A stretch of 64,000 bases of DNA from an uncultured Gemmatimonadaceae bacterium (GTDB lineage Bacteria > Gemmatimonadota > Gemmatimonadetes > Gemmatimonadales > Gemmatimonadaceae): assembly GCA_963817955.1 (NCBI GenBank), contig CAWFQK010000004.1, positions 960,001 through 1,024,000 of the forward strand, written 5' to 3'. Under the pieces are notes generated by a model, which searched no databases, was not told the DNA's origin, and saw only the letters and a list, made by a program, of their open reading frames with translations. Numbering within the stretch: the first letter of the stretch is position 1; the number at the start of each line of letters is the position of its first letter. The position numbers were made by a program, and so were the translations under genes. Positions 37,036 to 45,970 of the stretch are shown here, in pieces.

Positions 37036-38268
37036 ATGACCATGTTGACCACACCCGATTCCACCGCACCTCAGACGCTCCGCTCGGCCCGCTTGGTCCC
37101 AACGCGCCGCCTGACTGATTTGCCGACCTACGTGTTCGCCTGGCTCGACGAAATCAAGGCCGACGCCCGTGCACGCGGAATTGACCTACTCGATTTGGGA
37201 ATGGGGAACCCGGATCAGCCGACGCCGACGCCGATCGTCGACGTCATCACTGCGGCATACACCGATCCGCGCACGCATGGGTACCCCCCGTTCCGCGGGA
37301 CCGAGGAGTTTCGCCGCGCCGCCGCGTCGTTCATGCAACGCCGCTTCGGGGTGCATGTCGACGCAGACCACGAAGTGCTCTGCCTGAGTGGCGCAAAGGA
37401 AGGCATTGCGCACGCCACCATTGCCTTCGCGGACGAATCGACGATCTCGCTCGTGCCCAGCATCTACTATCCGGTGCACGGCCGCGCGACCGGACTCGTC
37501 GGCGGACGCACACACCTCATGCCGCTCATCGCCGAGCATGGGTTTCTGCCCGACTTCAACGCCATTCCGGCCGAAATACTCAGCGAGGCTCGGTTGATGG
37601 CGCTCAACTACCCGCACAACCCAACGGGCACGGTGGCGCCAATCGGGCTATTCGAGCAGGCGGTCACGCTCTGCCGCAAGCATGGCATCCTGCTCATCTC
37701 CGATCTCGCCTACAGCGAGCTGACGTTCGACGGACGCGTGGCACCCAGCGCCCTGCAGGTACCTGGTGCGAAAGACGTGACGATCGAGTTTCATTCCTTC
37801 TCCAAGACGTTCAACATGGCCGGGTCCCGCATCGGATTTGCCGTGGGCGGACGGGACTTGATCGACGCGCTGCTCGCGGTCCGAACGAACATGGGGTATG
37901 GCACGCCGGCCGCGGTGCAGGCCGGTGCCGCGTTCGCGCTCGATCACGTCGAGGAGTTGGAAAAGCCGGTGGTCGCGCGGTATCGCGAGCGCCGTGACGC
38001 GATCCTCGAAGGATTCCGCACGCTGGGATGGTGCTCGGAGGCGCCACACGGAACGATGTTCGTCTGGCTGCCGATTCCCGCCGGGTTCGCCGCACAGGAG
38101 TGGACCAAGCATCTCATCGACCGAGCGGGTGTCGTCGTCACACCCGGCAATGCTTTTGGTCCTGGAGGCGACAACTTCTTCCGTGTCTCATTGATTGCCG
38201 ATCCGCCAGTGCTCGCCCGCGCCATCGATCGACTCCGCGCCGCCGGGATTTGCTACGCGGGCGCGTAA
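37036..38268 (+). CDS. Class I/II PLP aminotransferase (LL-DAP aminotransferase / AlaC-like)
   Basis: Motifs DLGMGNPD, GAKEGI, NYPHNPTG, DLAY and SFSKTFNMAGSRIG. Confidence 0.9.
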   Translation: MTMLTTPDSTAPQTLRSARLVPTRRLTDLPTYVFAWLDEIKADARARGIDLLDLGMGNPDQPTPTPIVDVITAAYTDPRTHGYPPFRGTEEFRRAAASFMQRRFGVHVDADHEVLCLSGAKEGIAHATIAFADESTISLVPSIYYPVHGRATGLVGGRTHLMPLIAEHGFLPDFNAIPAEILSEARLMALNYPHNPTGTVAPIGLFEQAVTLCRKHGILLISDLAYSELTFDGRVAPSALQVPGAKDVTIEFHSFSKTFNMAGSRIGFAVGGRDLIDALLAVRTNMGYGTPAAVQAGAAFALDHVEELEKPVVARYRERRDAILEGFRTLGWCSEAPHGTMFVWLPIPAGFAAQEWTKHLIDRAGVVVTPGNAFGPGGDNFFRVSLIADPPVLARAIDRLRAAGICYAGA

Positions 38269-38326
38269 AGCGGCCCCGCGACCATGGCTCGACACGTGCA
38301 CCGCTGGCACGCATCGGAGGAATCAC

Positions 38327-38584
38327 ATGGCGAATGACGCAAAGGAGCGGGACGACCGGATCGAACCCGAAGGCCAGAACAACTCCCCGCAAGCGGACGG
38401 GGAAAGCGCGGTCCGGACCGCGGCGCAGGACACGCCTGCGATGAGCGAACCGCGCGATCCGGCCGCGGACGTTCCGGTACCGATCGCGATGTCCGCGGCG
38501 GAAATCGACGAGCGCGCGCAGGTGGTGGAGGCATTGCGAGATGCGTCGCCCGCTGCCGACGGCGAACCGCGCGCCAACGCATAG
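38327..38584 (+). CDS. Hypothetical acidic, disordered protein (85 aa)
   Basis: Strong GGAGG RBS 6 nt before the ATG; fills the intergenic gap. Confidence 0.6.
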   Translation: MANDAKERDDRIEPEGQNNSPQADGESAVRTAAQDTPAMSEPRDPAADVPVPIAMSAAEIDERAQVVEALRDASPAADGEPRANA

Positions 38585-38717
38585 TCCCATCCCGGCCGGG
38601 GTCACGCGGCGCCGGCCGGGTGACCCCGATTGACCCAGCACGCGGCAGCCTCAACCGGTGAATCACCGGGCAACGGTTAAACGGTGGCCGGTAACGCCGG
38701 TAACGTTTGACGTGTGC

Positions 38718-38906
38718 TCAGTACCTGCCTCGCCACTCCGCCGTCGCTTCGGGTACTAAACGCGCGCCCCATTGGCCGACTTCGAGAATGTAGTAGTCGC
38801 GGCGTAACGGATCGCGCGGATCGATCACTTCGTAGTTGGTGGGTTGCGGCTCGACCTTCACGGTCACGCCATTGCACTCCCCACCGACGCACTTGACCTG
38901 AATCAT
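38718..38906 (-). CDS. Hypothetical 62-aa protein
   Basis: MIQVKCVGGECNG...; GAGGG RBS; GC3-rich codons. Confidence 0.65.
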   Translation of the reverse strand: MIQVKCVGGECNGVTVKVEPQPTNYEVIDPRDPLRRDYYILEVGQWGARLVPEATAEWRGRY

Positions 38907-38930
38907 GATCCAGCCCTCGTGAGCGAGCGT

Positions 38931-39428
38931 TCAGCTCGCCTGTTGAACGGCGGAACGTGATCCGCCAGTGAGAAAGCGCGGCCCACTGGAGCAGGCGCGT
39001 TCCACGGTTTCGGCAATGCTCTCCGGCAGACGTACCGCGCCACGGGCATGAGCCTCGAGCACGAGCCGGAGCGCACGATGCTGTCGGTCGTACGCCGAAA
39101 GGAGTTGCGCGCCGCCATCGGGCGACGACAACACGCCGTGGACGAGACGTTGGAGCGACGCCTGCTCGGACACATCCGACGATCCCGCCACGCACACTTC
39201 CAGGTTCCAGGCCGCGCGGTGGCCATCACATAGTCCCGCCCGCGCTGCGCGAGGCGCTTCCTGGGTGCACGCATCGCAGAGCGCGATCTCGCGCAGCAAG
39301 TCAGCACTCGGAACGAAGGACATTGGTTCTTCCTCAAGTACCTGTCTCAAGTCCCTCACCAATTCGATATCGCGAGTTGTTGCGCAAACCAGCTGGAGGC
39401 GACGGCGCGCGTTGGGTTCGATGCTCAT
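38931..39428 (-). CDS. Hypothetical protein with a CxxC...CxxH motif
   Basis: CDAC-x12-CDGH; co-oriented with the 62-aa gene. Confidence 0.6.
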   Translation of the reverse strand: MSIEPNARRRLQLVCATTRDIELVRDLRQVLEEEPMSFVPSADLLREIALCDACTQEAPRAARAGLCDGHRAAWNLEVCVAGSSDVSEQASLQRLVHGVLSSPDGGAQLLSAYDRQHRALRLVLEAHARGAVRLPESIAETVERACSSGPRFLTGGSRSAVQQAS

Positions 39429-39631
39429 GGCATTCTGCTAGCGTCATTCGGCCGCGCCGCACGCGCAGACCGTGGGACGGCCGGGCTCCGGGTGCCCGGG
39501 TCCGTCACCACGGTCGCACGCTCTCTGCGTTGCCGAGTTAGTCGCAAGTTGTTACTCATCCACTCGACGTCCGTCAGAGGGATATGCGAAGGTGATGCGG
39601 TACCGCTCGCACCGGCGCTCGCTTCCAGATC

Positions 39632-40534
39632 ATGACTACGTCGCACCTGACCGTTCCCAACGCACTCGAGACGCTGGACCGCCACTGGGCGGTGAAGGTC
39701 GTCTCGAACGAGGATCGCAGCGCCGCCATCCGGTACGGCATGGGGGTGCTCGCGCGGCTGTGCAGCGGTGAGATCATCGACAACGTCCAGCCACCGCCCG
39801 AATTCGTCGTCCCACTCGCCGGCGCGTACGTCATCGCAGCGAGTGAGTGGCTCGACTTCGAGGGAGCAGCATCTCCGGCGATGCTGCTGTCCGCTGAACA
39901 AGACGCCCAGCGCACCGCACATATCGAGGCCGGATCCGACCGCGCCTTTATCCTCACCGCGGTGCTCCCCGTCGAACCCGACGAGCGTGTGGCGGGGCTG
40001 TATCGCGCCCTGCTGCTTGCGGGCCTCGCGCAGCTCGGACATAAGCAGACCGAGTTCCGCCACTGGCTGCGCGTGCATCAGGGTATCCTCTTTCCCGCAG
40101 ACGAAAGCGAAACGCCCTGGGATCTCGCGCTCCTGCGCCGCGTCGTCGAGCTGTGGATACACGTGCTCCGCGGAGCCGGACCGTCGGGGCTTGAGCACGC
40201 CATGGAGCTCGTCGCGTCGATTCGGGAAGATCGCTCGGTCCGCGAGTTCGAGTTCTTCGCCACCGTCGGTCCTGCGGACGAAACGCGCATGCGTTTCTTC
40301 ATGTTCACGCTCTTCCATCTGACTGAAGCGGCGACCGAACTGTTGCTCTTCCGCCTGCATGGTGAGCCGGAGCGCGTCGAGTCGCATCTCTACAGCCACT
40401 TCACGCTTGCACGCGATGCCGCTGGCGGTGATCCGCGCCGCGACGCCAGCTTCGATTGGCTGTATGAGGCGTCGCGCCGCGTCATCAGACAACGGACCGC
40501 GCAACTCGAGCTGATGCCCGAGAGCAGTCGTTAA
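39632..40534 (+). CDS. Hypothetical all-helical protein resembling the N-terminal domain of some Ski2/HamB-like helicases
   Basis: 300 aa with normal codon usage. The resemblance is from memory (HWAV, LAxAY, WDxxLL, LWIxxLR, IREDxxxxE, LFH, HF). Confidence 0.6.
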   Translation: MTTSHLTVPNALETLDRHWAVKVVSNEDRSAAIRYGMGVLARLCSGEIIDNVQPPPEFVVPLAGAYVIAASEWLDFEGAASPAMLLSAEQDAQRTAHIEAGSDRAFILTAVLPVEPDERVAGLYRALLLAGLAQLGHKQTEFRHWLRVHQGILFPADESETPWDLALLRRVVELWIHVLRGAGPSGLEHAMELVASIREDRSVREFEFFATVGPADETRMRFFMFTLFHLTEAATELLLFRLHGEPERVESHLYSHFTLARDAAGGDPRRDASFDWLYEASRRVIRQRTAQLELMPESSR

Positions 40535-40542
40535 GCGTTCTC

Positions 40543-40875
40543 TCATGACTTGGAGTTCCGCCGTGCGCTGCCCACGAGCATGCGGCGACCACCCGGAGAT
40601 TGCGCGACGACCACGGCCAGCGGCAACTGCATCCGCGTCCGTGGGCGCAGGGGGAGCACACGCGCCTCGGCGACTCGCGTCAACGGTGCGTCGTCATCGG
40701 AGAGCCTGAACCAGGCCATTTCTCCGCCGGACTTCGTGCAGCGCACGTAATACGCATCGGACTGCGATGACCAGAAGCAATCCCACTGCTCGCCTTCCGT
40801 GAGATCCGCGAGGAGCGCCGACCGTGGCGCATCTTCGAGCGGTTCGCGGGGGCTGGAGCAGCTGACGAGATGCAT
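40543..40875 (-). CDS. Hypothetical protein
   Basis: 110-aa ORF with globular-looking composition (WDCFWS..YYVRC..WFRL). Confidence 0.55.
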   Translation of the reverse strand: MHLVSCSSPREPLEDAPRSALLADLTEGEQWDCFWSSQSDAYYVRCTKSGGEMAWFRLSDDDAPLTRVAEARVLPLRPRTRMQLPLAVVVAQSPGGRRMLVGSARRNSKS

Positions 40876-40974
40876 GGCCGGGGGAGAGCGGTTATTGGGT
40901 CCTCGCCACAGCGGAGATTTCACAACGTTGGTGGCGGGGAGGTCATACTAGAAAACCCGGGATCAAAGCGCAAT

Positions 40975-41305
40975 AGGAAACTTTTCCATAAGTCGTTGGT
41001 ATTGCTGTGGATAGCTCATGTGGACTAGTGTCGATAACGCGCTAACTCCGCCTGCAGGCGTCGGTAAGCCCATGCCCCTCGCTGTGGAGAACCACTGTGG
41101 ACAGATGTGCATCAAAACAGATGTGTACGACCTCACTCCAATCGTTCACGCCTAGTCCATGAGTCAATTTGGCGGCGCATTTTCATGCCAGAAGTGCATG
41201 CGATTTGGCGCGCCACAGGTAACCGATTGGCCGCACAAACTCTGTCGAACATTTGTCGATAATTCGCGCCTTTCCACACGACGTGTGGACTCGCTGTTGA
41301 TAGCA
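40975..41305. other. DnaA-box cluster with an IHF-like site (candidate oriC or datA/DARS-like locus)
   Basis: At least 10 matches with 2 or fewer mismatches to TTATCCACA/TGTGGATAA in a lower-GC intergenic region; TAAGTCGTTGGTA at 40989-41001. Confidence 0.7.
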
Positions 41306-41346
41306 CGGTCGTTGCCTGCTTGCTCATACACCTAGCAACGGACCCC

Positions 41347-42201
41347 ATGCGCCCCCTGTGGACTGGAGCACTCACCTTTGGCCTCGTGAACATTCCGGTG
41401 CAACTGCACTCGGCGGTGCAGGTGAAGGAGCGCGTGACCTTCCACCTGCTTCATAAGGCGGACCTCTCGCCCATCAAGTACGAGCGCGTCTGCCAGAAGG
41501 AGGGCGAAGCGGTCGCTTGGAAGGACATCGTCAAAGGATACGAGTACACGAAGGGCAAGTTCGTCGTACTCGGCGATGAGGACTTTCAGGCCGCGGCCAT
41601 CGAGTCGACGAAGACGATCGAGATCATGGACTTCGTCAAAGGCGCGGAGATCGATCCGCGCTTCTTCGAAACGCCATACTATGTCGTGCCGCAGAAGGGC
41701 GGCGAGAAAACGTACGCGCTCCTGCGCGAGGCCATCACCCGCACGAGCATGGTCGGCATCGGCAAGATCACCATGCGGGCCAATGCCACGCATCTCGCCG
41801 GCGTGAAGGCCGTGGGCGACGCCATCGTTCTCGAGATCATGCGCTTCGCTGGCGAACTGGTTGACGTGGGTGATTTCAGCTTCCCGTCAGACGTTGGCGT
41901 GCGTCCGCAAGAGCTCAACATGGCCGAGCAGCTCGTCGCCAACCTGTCGCAGCCCTTCGACCCGTCGAAATACACTGACGACTATCATGCAAATATCATG
42001 AAGATCATCCACGCCAAGATGAAGGGAAGGAAAATCGAGGTCGTCGAGCCCGAGGAGCGCGCGAGCACACAGGTCGTGGATTTGATGGCACGGCTGCAGG
42101 AAAGTCTCGCGATGGGCAAGCACCGCGGCGCGAGCCGCGGCGGCCGTACGGCGGCAAAGCGGTCACACGGGCGATCGGCGCGGAAACGTAAGAGTGCATG
42201 A
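41347..42201 (+). CDS. ku: Non-homologous end-joining protein Ku
   Basis: MRPLWTGALTFGLVNIPV, IVKGYE, PYY, YALLREA, VVDLMARLQESL and a basic tail. Confidence 0.95.
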   Translation: MRPLWTGALTFGLVNIPVQLHSAVQVKERVTFHLLHKADLSPIKYERVCQKEGEAVAWKDIVKGYEYTKGKFVVLGDEDFQAAAIESTKTIEIMDFVKGAEIDPRFFETPYYVVPQKGGEKTYALLREAITRTSMVGIGKITMRANATHLAGVKAVGDAIVLEIMRFAGELVDVGDFSFPSDVGVRPQELNMAEQLVANLSQPFDPSKYTDDYHANIMKIIHAKMKGRKIEVVEPEERASTQVVDLMARLQESLAMGKHRGASRGGRTAAKRSHGRSARKRKSA

Positions 42202-42486
42202 CGGCACTGGCGCGGATGCTCGCTATGGCCCGAACGGAGATCCCGCGCGGTGAGGGTTGCAACAATGCCTGCTGGGCTGCGGGTATTCGACATTCTGCTG
42301 GACGGAAGGACATCGGTCGTCACTGAGTCGTGGCACGTGCGGCGACAACAGCTCGCCGCGCTCCTCCAACCCCCGGGAAGTTCCCGCGTGTTGCGGCTCA
42401 GCGACGCCGGTGACCTTGATCAGGCGACGCTGCGCCCGGCGTGGCAGCGCAGAAGTCGCATCGTGAGAGCTCTCGGCCATGGATGA
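42198..42486 (+). pseudogene. LigD-type ligase-domain remnant with internal deletions
   Basis: An ATGA-coupled start reads MTALARMLAMARTEIPRGEG (xMLA...PxGxxW-like), then in another frame LRVFDILLDG...WHVRRQQLAALL. The catalytic KxDG motif is missing. Confidence 0.65.
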
Positions 42487-42886
42487 CGAGAGCAGGCGAC
42501 CGCGGCGCGGCGGCAATGCGTTATCGAGGTTCATGGCTTACCTCGAAGAGCTCGAGCGGGCGGTACTGGCCCGTGACGGCATGCGTATCACGTCGCTGTT
42601 GCGGAGGCGAACGGCCACACATCTGCCACGCGAGGTGCGCGAAGAGCTCCTGGCGCAGTCGCGTGCTCCGCGGGGCAACCTGCGCGCGCCGGTGCAGTTT
42701 CTGCGTTTCCAACATTGCATGTATCAGCTTGCGCTTGGCGGTGAGCCCCTTCCAACGGCACAAACCGAGCTGCGCCTCGATCCATCCGAGCCGGCCGGCA
42801 CCGTACGCCGGGAGGCGCTCCCAGCCGCGCGCCGCCAGACCGCCTCTGATCCCACGGATGATTTGGGCGAGGACGCAAGCCCCTGA
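42479..42886 (+). CDS. Hypothetical protein
   Basis: 135-aa ORF whose stop overlaps the next ATG (TGATG). Confidence 0.5.
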   Translation: MDDESRRPRRGGNALSRFMAYLEELERAVLARDGMRITSLLRRRTATHLPREVREELLAQSRAPRGNLRAPVQFLRFQHCMYQLALGGEPLPTAQTELRLDPSEPAGTVRREALPAARRQTASDPTDDLGEDASP

Positions 42887-43441
42887 TGCTGCCCCTCGAG
42901 TCAAGCTACGCGCCGATGGAGACGCGCATTGCAGACGCGCTGCCCATAGGACCAACCTGGCAATACGAGCCGAAATGGGACGGCTTCCGGTGCCTGGCGT
43001 TTCGCGACGGCACACGCATCGAGCTGCGATCCAAGTCGGGCCAATCCCTGATGCGCTACTTCCCCGAGGTGGCTGCGGCATTGGCCGCGTTGCGCGCCAA
43101 GAAGTTCGTGCTCGACGGCGAGATCGTCGTGCCCTCGGATGCCGGCGTCTCGTTCGATGCGCTGCTGCAACGCATTCATCCGGCCAAGAGCCGAGTTGAA
43201 AAACTATCGCGCGAGACTCCGGCCCTGCTGCGTGTGTTCGATATCCTGGTCGATCAGCGGGGGACGGATGATGGGCTGCTGCCATGGGACGAAGTTCTTG
43301 CGTTGGCGCCCGGACAAGAAACCGAAGCAATGTCACTTGTCACAAGTCGCGGAAGCGGGACGATTTCGCGGCGCCACCGCTCGAGGAGCCAGAGCCAGGA
43401 AGTCCAGAGCCACGAAGCGAGGACGGATGCGCGCCTACTGA
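42886..43441 (+). pseudogene. LigC-type ATP-dependent DNA ligase, internally deleted and frameshifted
   Basis: EPKWDGFR, LDGEIVV, LQRIHPA and VFDIL in one frame. The C-terminal HGTKFLRWRPDKKPKQC follows almost immediately in another frame, so the middle is absent. Confidence 0.85.
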
Positions 43442-43641
43442 CGCTCCGTCGCGTCCAGGGAGATCTTGAGATCCTCGCTCAGCGATGCGTCGCCACTGAT
43501 GATCGAACGCCACGACAGTTCCGGTCCATTGCGGCGTCCTTTTTCGGTGACTTTCAATCCATCTGGCGCGATCGCGATGGTGTACAGTTTTCCGTCAATC
43601 TCAAGCTCACGCTTGATCGTCTTGTCGAGCTTCGCGGTCAT
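43435..43641 (-). CDS. Small conserved-looking hypothetical protein (68 aa)
   Basis: GGAGGAG RBS; MTAKLDKTIKRELEIDGKLYT...KGRRNG.ELSW. Confidence 0.75.
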   Translation of the reverse strand: MTAKLDKTIKRELEIDGKLYTIAIAPDGLKVTEKGRRNGPELSWRSIISGDASLSEDLKISLDATERQ

Positions 43642-43733
43642 CTCACTCCTCCATCGGGCTGACTCGGTTCGCACAAGAAGCAATTCAAGGTAGCACCACG
43701 ATCGCCGCGTTGCCCCACTTCCGCACCGAAGCG

Positions 43734-44183
43734 TCAGCGATACGGCGGCTTGAGCCGGCGCTCCATGTATGTGGAGGCGGGCATGTCGGTGGAGAAGCCG
43801 TACCGTTCGTACAGACCGCTGGCGTCCCGGGTCCAGAGCGCGATGCGGCGCAAGCCCTGAAGGTCTGGGTGAGCGAGGATCGCTTCCACCATCCACGCAC
43901 CAATTCCGCGGCCACGCGCCCATTCAGCCACGATCACGTCAGTGAGGTACGCGTAGGTGGCGAGATCGCTCACCGCCCGCGCGAACCCGACCTGGTTCCC
44001 GCCGTCATACACGCCGAAGCAAACGGAATGCTCGATCGCACGTTCGAGGACTTGGCGCGTCATCAAGGCGCCCCAGTGCGACTGGACCAGCATCGCGAGC
44101 ACCGCCGCGACGTCGAGGCGCCCGCGATCGGTCGAGAGCAGCAGTTCGCCACGCCGCTCCTCGACGAGACGGTCGTCCATCAT
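43734..44183 (-). CDS. GNAT N-acetyltransferase
   Basis: Motifs QVGFARAVSD, YLTDVIV, RGRGIG and LYERYGF. Confidence 0.9.
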   Translation of the reverse strand: MMDDRLVEERRGELLLSTDRGRLDVAAVLAMLVQSHWGALMTRQVLERAIEHSVCFGVYDGGNQVGFARAVSDLATYAYLTDVIVAEWARGRGIGAWMVEAILAHPDLQGLRRIALWTRDASGLYERYGFSTDMPASTYMERRLKPPYR

Positions 44184-44368
44184 GACGGCCACGCGGCAAA
44201 AGGACTGATTCGAATCATTCCCGTGAGGACCAAGGTGATGGCCGCCTGCTCAGCCAAGCAATATCATTCACCGGCACAGCATCGTGGTGCTGCCGCCGTT
44301 GGTAGACAGCTTGGCAGGACGGCTACGACAATACTCGCTGCGGTTATCATGGCGGCGAAAGGGGATTC

Positions 44369-45970
44369 ATGCAGAGATTCGCCCGAATGGGCGCCGCCGC
44401 GATCAGCGCCGGCGCAATGCTCACTGTCGCCGCGGCATCCGTCCGTGGGCAATCCCGAGCGGTCACCACCCCACCCACACTGATCGTGTTCATCACCGTC
44501 GATCAGATGCGAGCCGACTACCTGCAGCGATTCTCGTCGCAGCTCACCGGCGGGCTCGGACGGCTGTATCGCGGCGGGGCGGTATTCACCAACGCGTATC
44601 AGGACCATGCGATCACCGAGACGGCGCCAGGCCACTCGGTCACCATGTCGGGGCGCTTCCCTGAGCACACCGGAATCGTCACCAATACGCTCGGCGTGCC
44701 GGATCCTCAGGCGCCGCTCATCGGCGGCGGCGGTCCCGGCGCGTCACCGTTCCGCTTCCGCGGCTCTACACTCATCGATTGGCTGCGCATCAAGGATCCG
44801 CGATCGCGCGCCCTGTCCGTGTCGCGCAAGGATCGCGGGGCCATCCTGCCGCTCGGCCGTGCACATCAGAGCGTGTACTGGTACGCTATGGATGGCCGCT
44901 TCACCACGAGCCGGTATTACGCAGACACACTGCCGAGCTGGGTGCAGCGCTTCAACGAACGAAAGATCCCGCAGCGCTACGCGGGCAAGACGTGGGACCT
45001 GCTCCTGCCCGCATCATCGTACCCGGAGCCGGACAGTGTGGTTGAAGAGAATTCCGGTCGCGATTTCACCTTTCCACATCCCTTCCCGGTCGATCCCGCT
45101 CAGACGGCCCGCCAGTTCACGGAATACCCGGCCATGGATTCATTGACGGCGCAGATGGCCTTGGACGGCGTATCGGCCCTGCAGCTCGGACGTGGCCCAC
45201 AAGCGGACATTCTCGCCGTCTCGTTCTCGACCACGGATGCCGTCGGCCACCGGTACGGCCCCGACTCGCGCGAGTTGCATGACCAGATCCTTCGGCTCGA
45301 CAGGTACCTTGGCGCATTTCTCGACTCGCTCTACAAGCTCCGCGACTCCTCGACGATTGCGATCGCGCTCACCGCTGATCACGGTGTCCAGTCGAATCCC
45401 GAGCTCCGTGCGGAACGTGAACACGTCGCTGCGCAGCGCGCCGACATCGCGCCGGTGATCAAATCACTGGCGCGGCAGATCGCGGCCGGCGGCGCTGATT
45501 CAGCGGCATTCCATTACGAGGAGGGAATCGTCTCAGTCAATCGGCCGGCGCTGGCCAAGGCGCATCTCAGACCCGACTCGGTGCTCGCCGCAATTGCCCG
45601 CGCGCTTCGAAAGGTCAACGGCGTAGGACGCGTGGACTACGTGCGCGATCTGGCGCGGGCCGACACGACGCATGATGCGATCGCGCGGCGATGGGTCCAC
45701 ATGCTGCCGGCTGATTACCCGGCCGATCTGGTCGTCTCCCTGGCGCCGCACGCGTATTTCACCGGCGGCGTAACGGCAACGCACGGCACGCCGAACGACG
45801 AGGATGCGCACGTTCCGGTGATCTTCTACGGGCCGTGGTTCAACACGGGCCGTTACCAACAGCGCGCGCTCGTGGCCGACATGGCACCAACGCTGGCCGC
45901 GATCGCCGGCGTGGCGCCCGTCGAACGACTCGACGGGCGCATACGAACGGAAGCAATCAAGAAGCGTTAG
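44369..45970 (+). CDS. Alkaline phosphatase family protein (PafA/NPP-like), secreted
   Basis: Motifs VDQMRADY, TETAPGH, SRKDRGAI, DAVGHRYGP, TADHG and THGTP. Confidence 0.9.
   Translation: MQRFARMGAAAISAGAMLTVAAASVRGQSRAVTTPPTLIVFITVDQMRADYLQRFSSQLTGGLGRLYRGGAVFTNAYQDHAITETAPGHSVTMSGRFPEHTGIVTNTLGVPDPQAPLIGGGGPGASPFRFRGSTLIDWLRIKDPRSRALSVSRKDRGAILPLGRAHQSVYWYAMDGRFTTSRYYADTLPSWVQRFNERKIPQRYAGKTWDLLLPASSYPEPDSVVEENSGRDFTFPHPFPVDPAQTARQFTEYPAMDSLTAQMALDGVSALQLGRGPQADILAVSFSTTDAVGHRYGPDSRELHDQILRLDRYLGAFLDSLYKLRDSSTIAIALTADHGVQSNPELRAEREHVAAQRADIAPVIKSLARQIAAGGADSAAFHYEEGIVSVNRPALAKAHLRPDSVLAAIARALRKVNGVGRVDYVRDLARADTTHDAIARRWVHMLPADYPADLVVSLAPHAYFTGGVTATHGTPNDEDAHVPVIFYGPWFNTGRYQQRALVADMAPTLAAIAGVAPVERLDGRIRTEAIKKR

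Noticed and set aside
42886..43662. 258-aa ORF as an intact ligase
   Set aside because: Similarity stops after about 125 aa. The rest is off-frame and overlaps a convergent gene.
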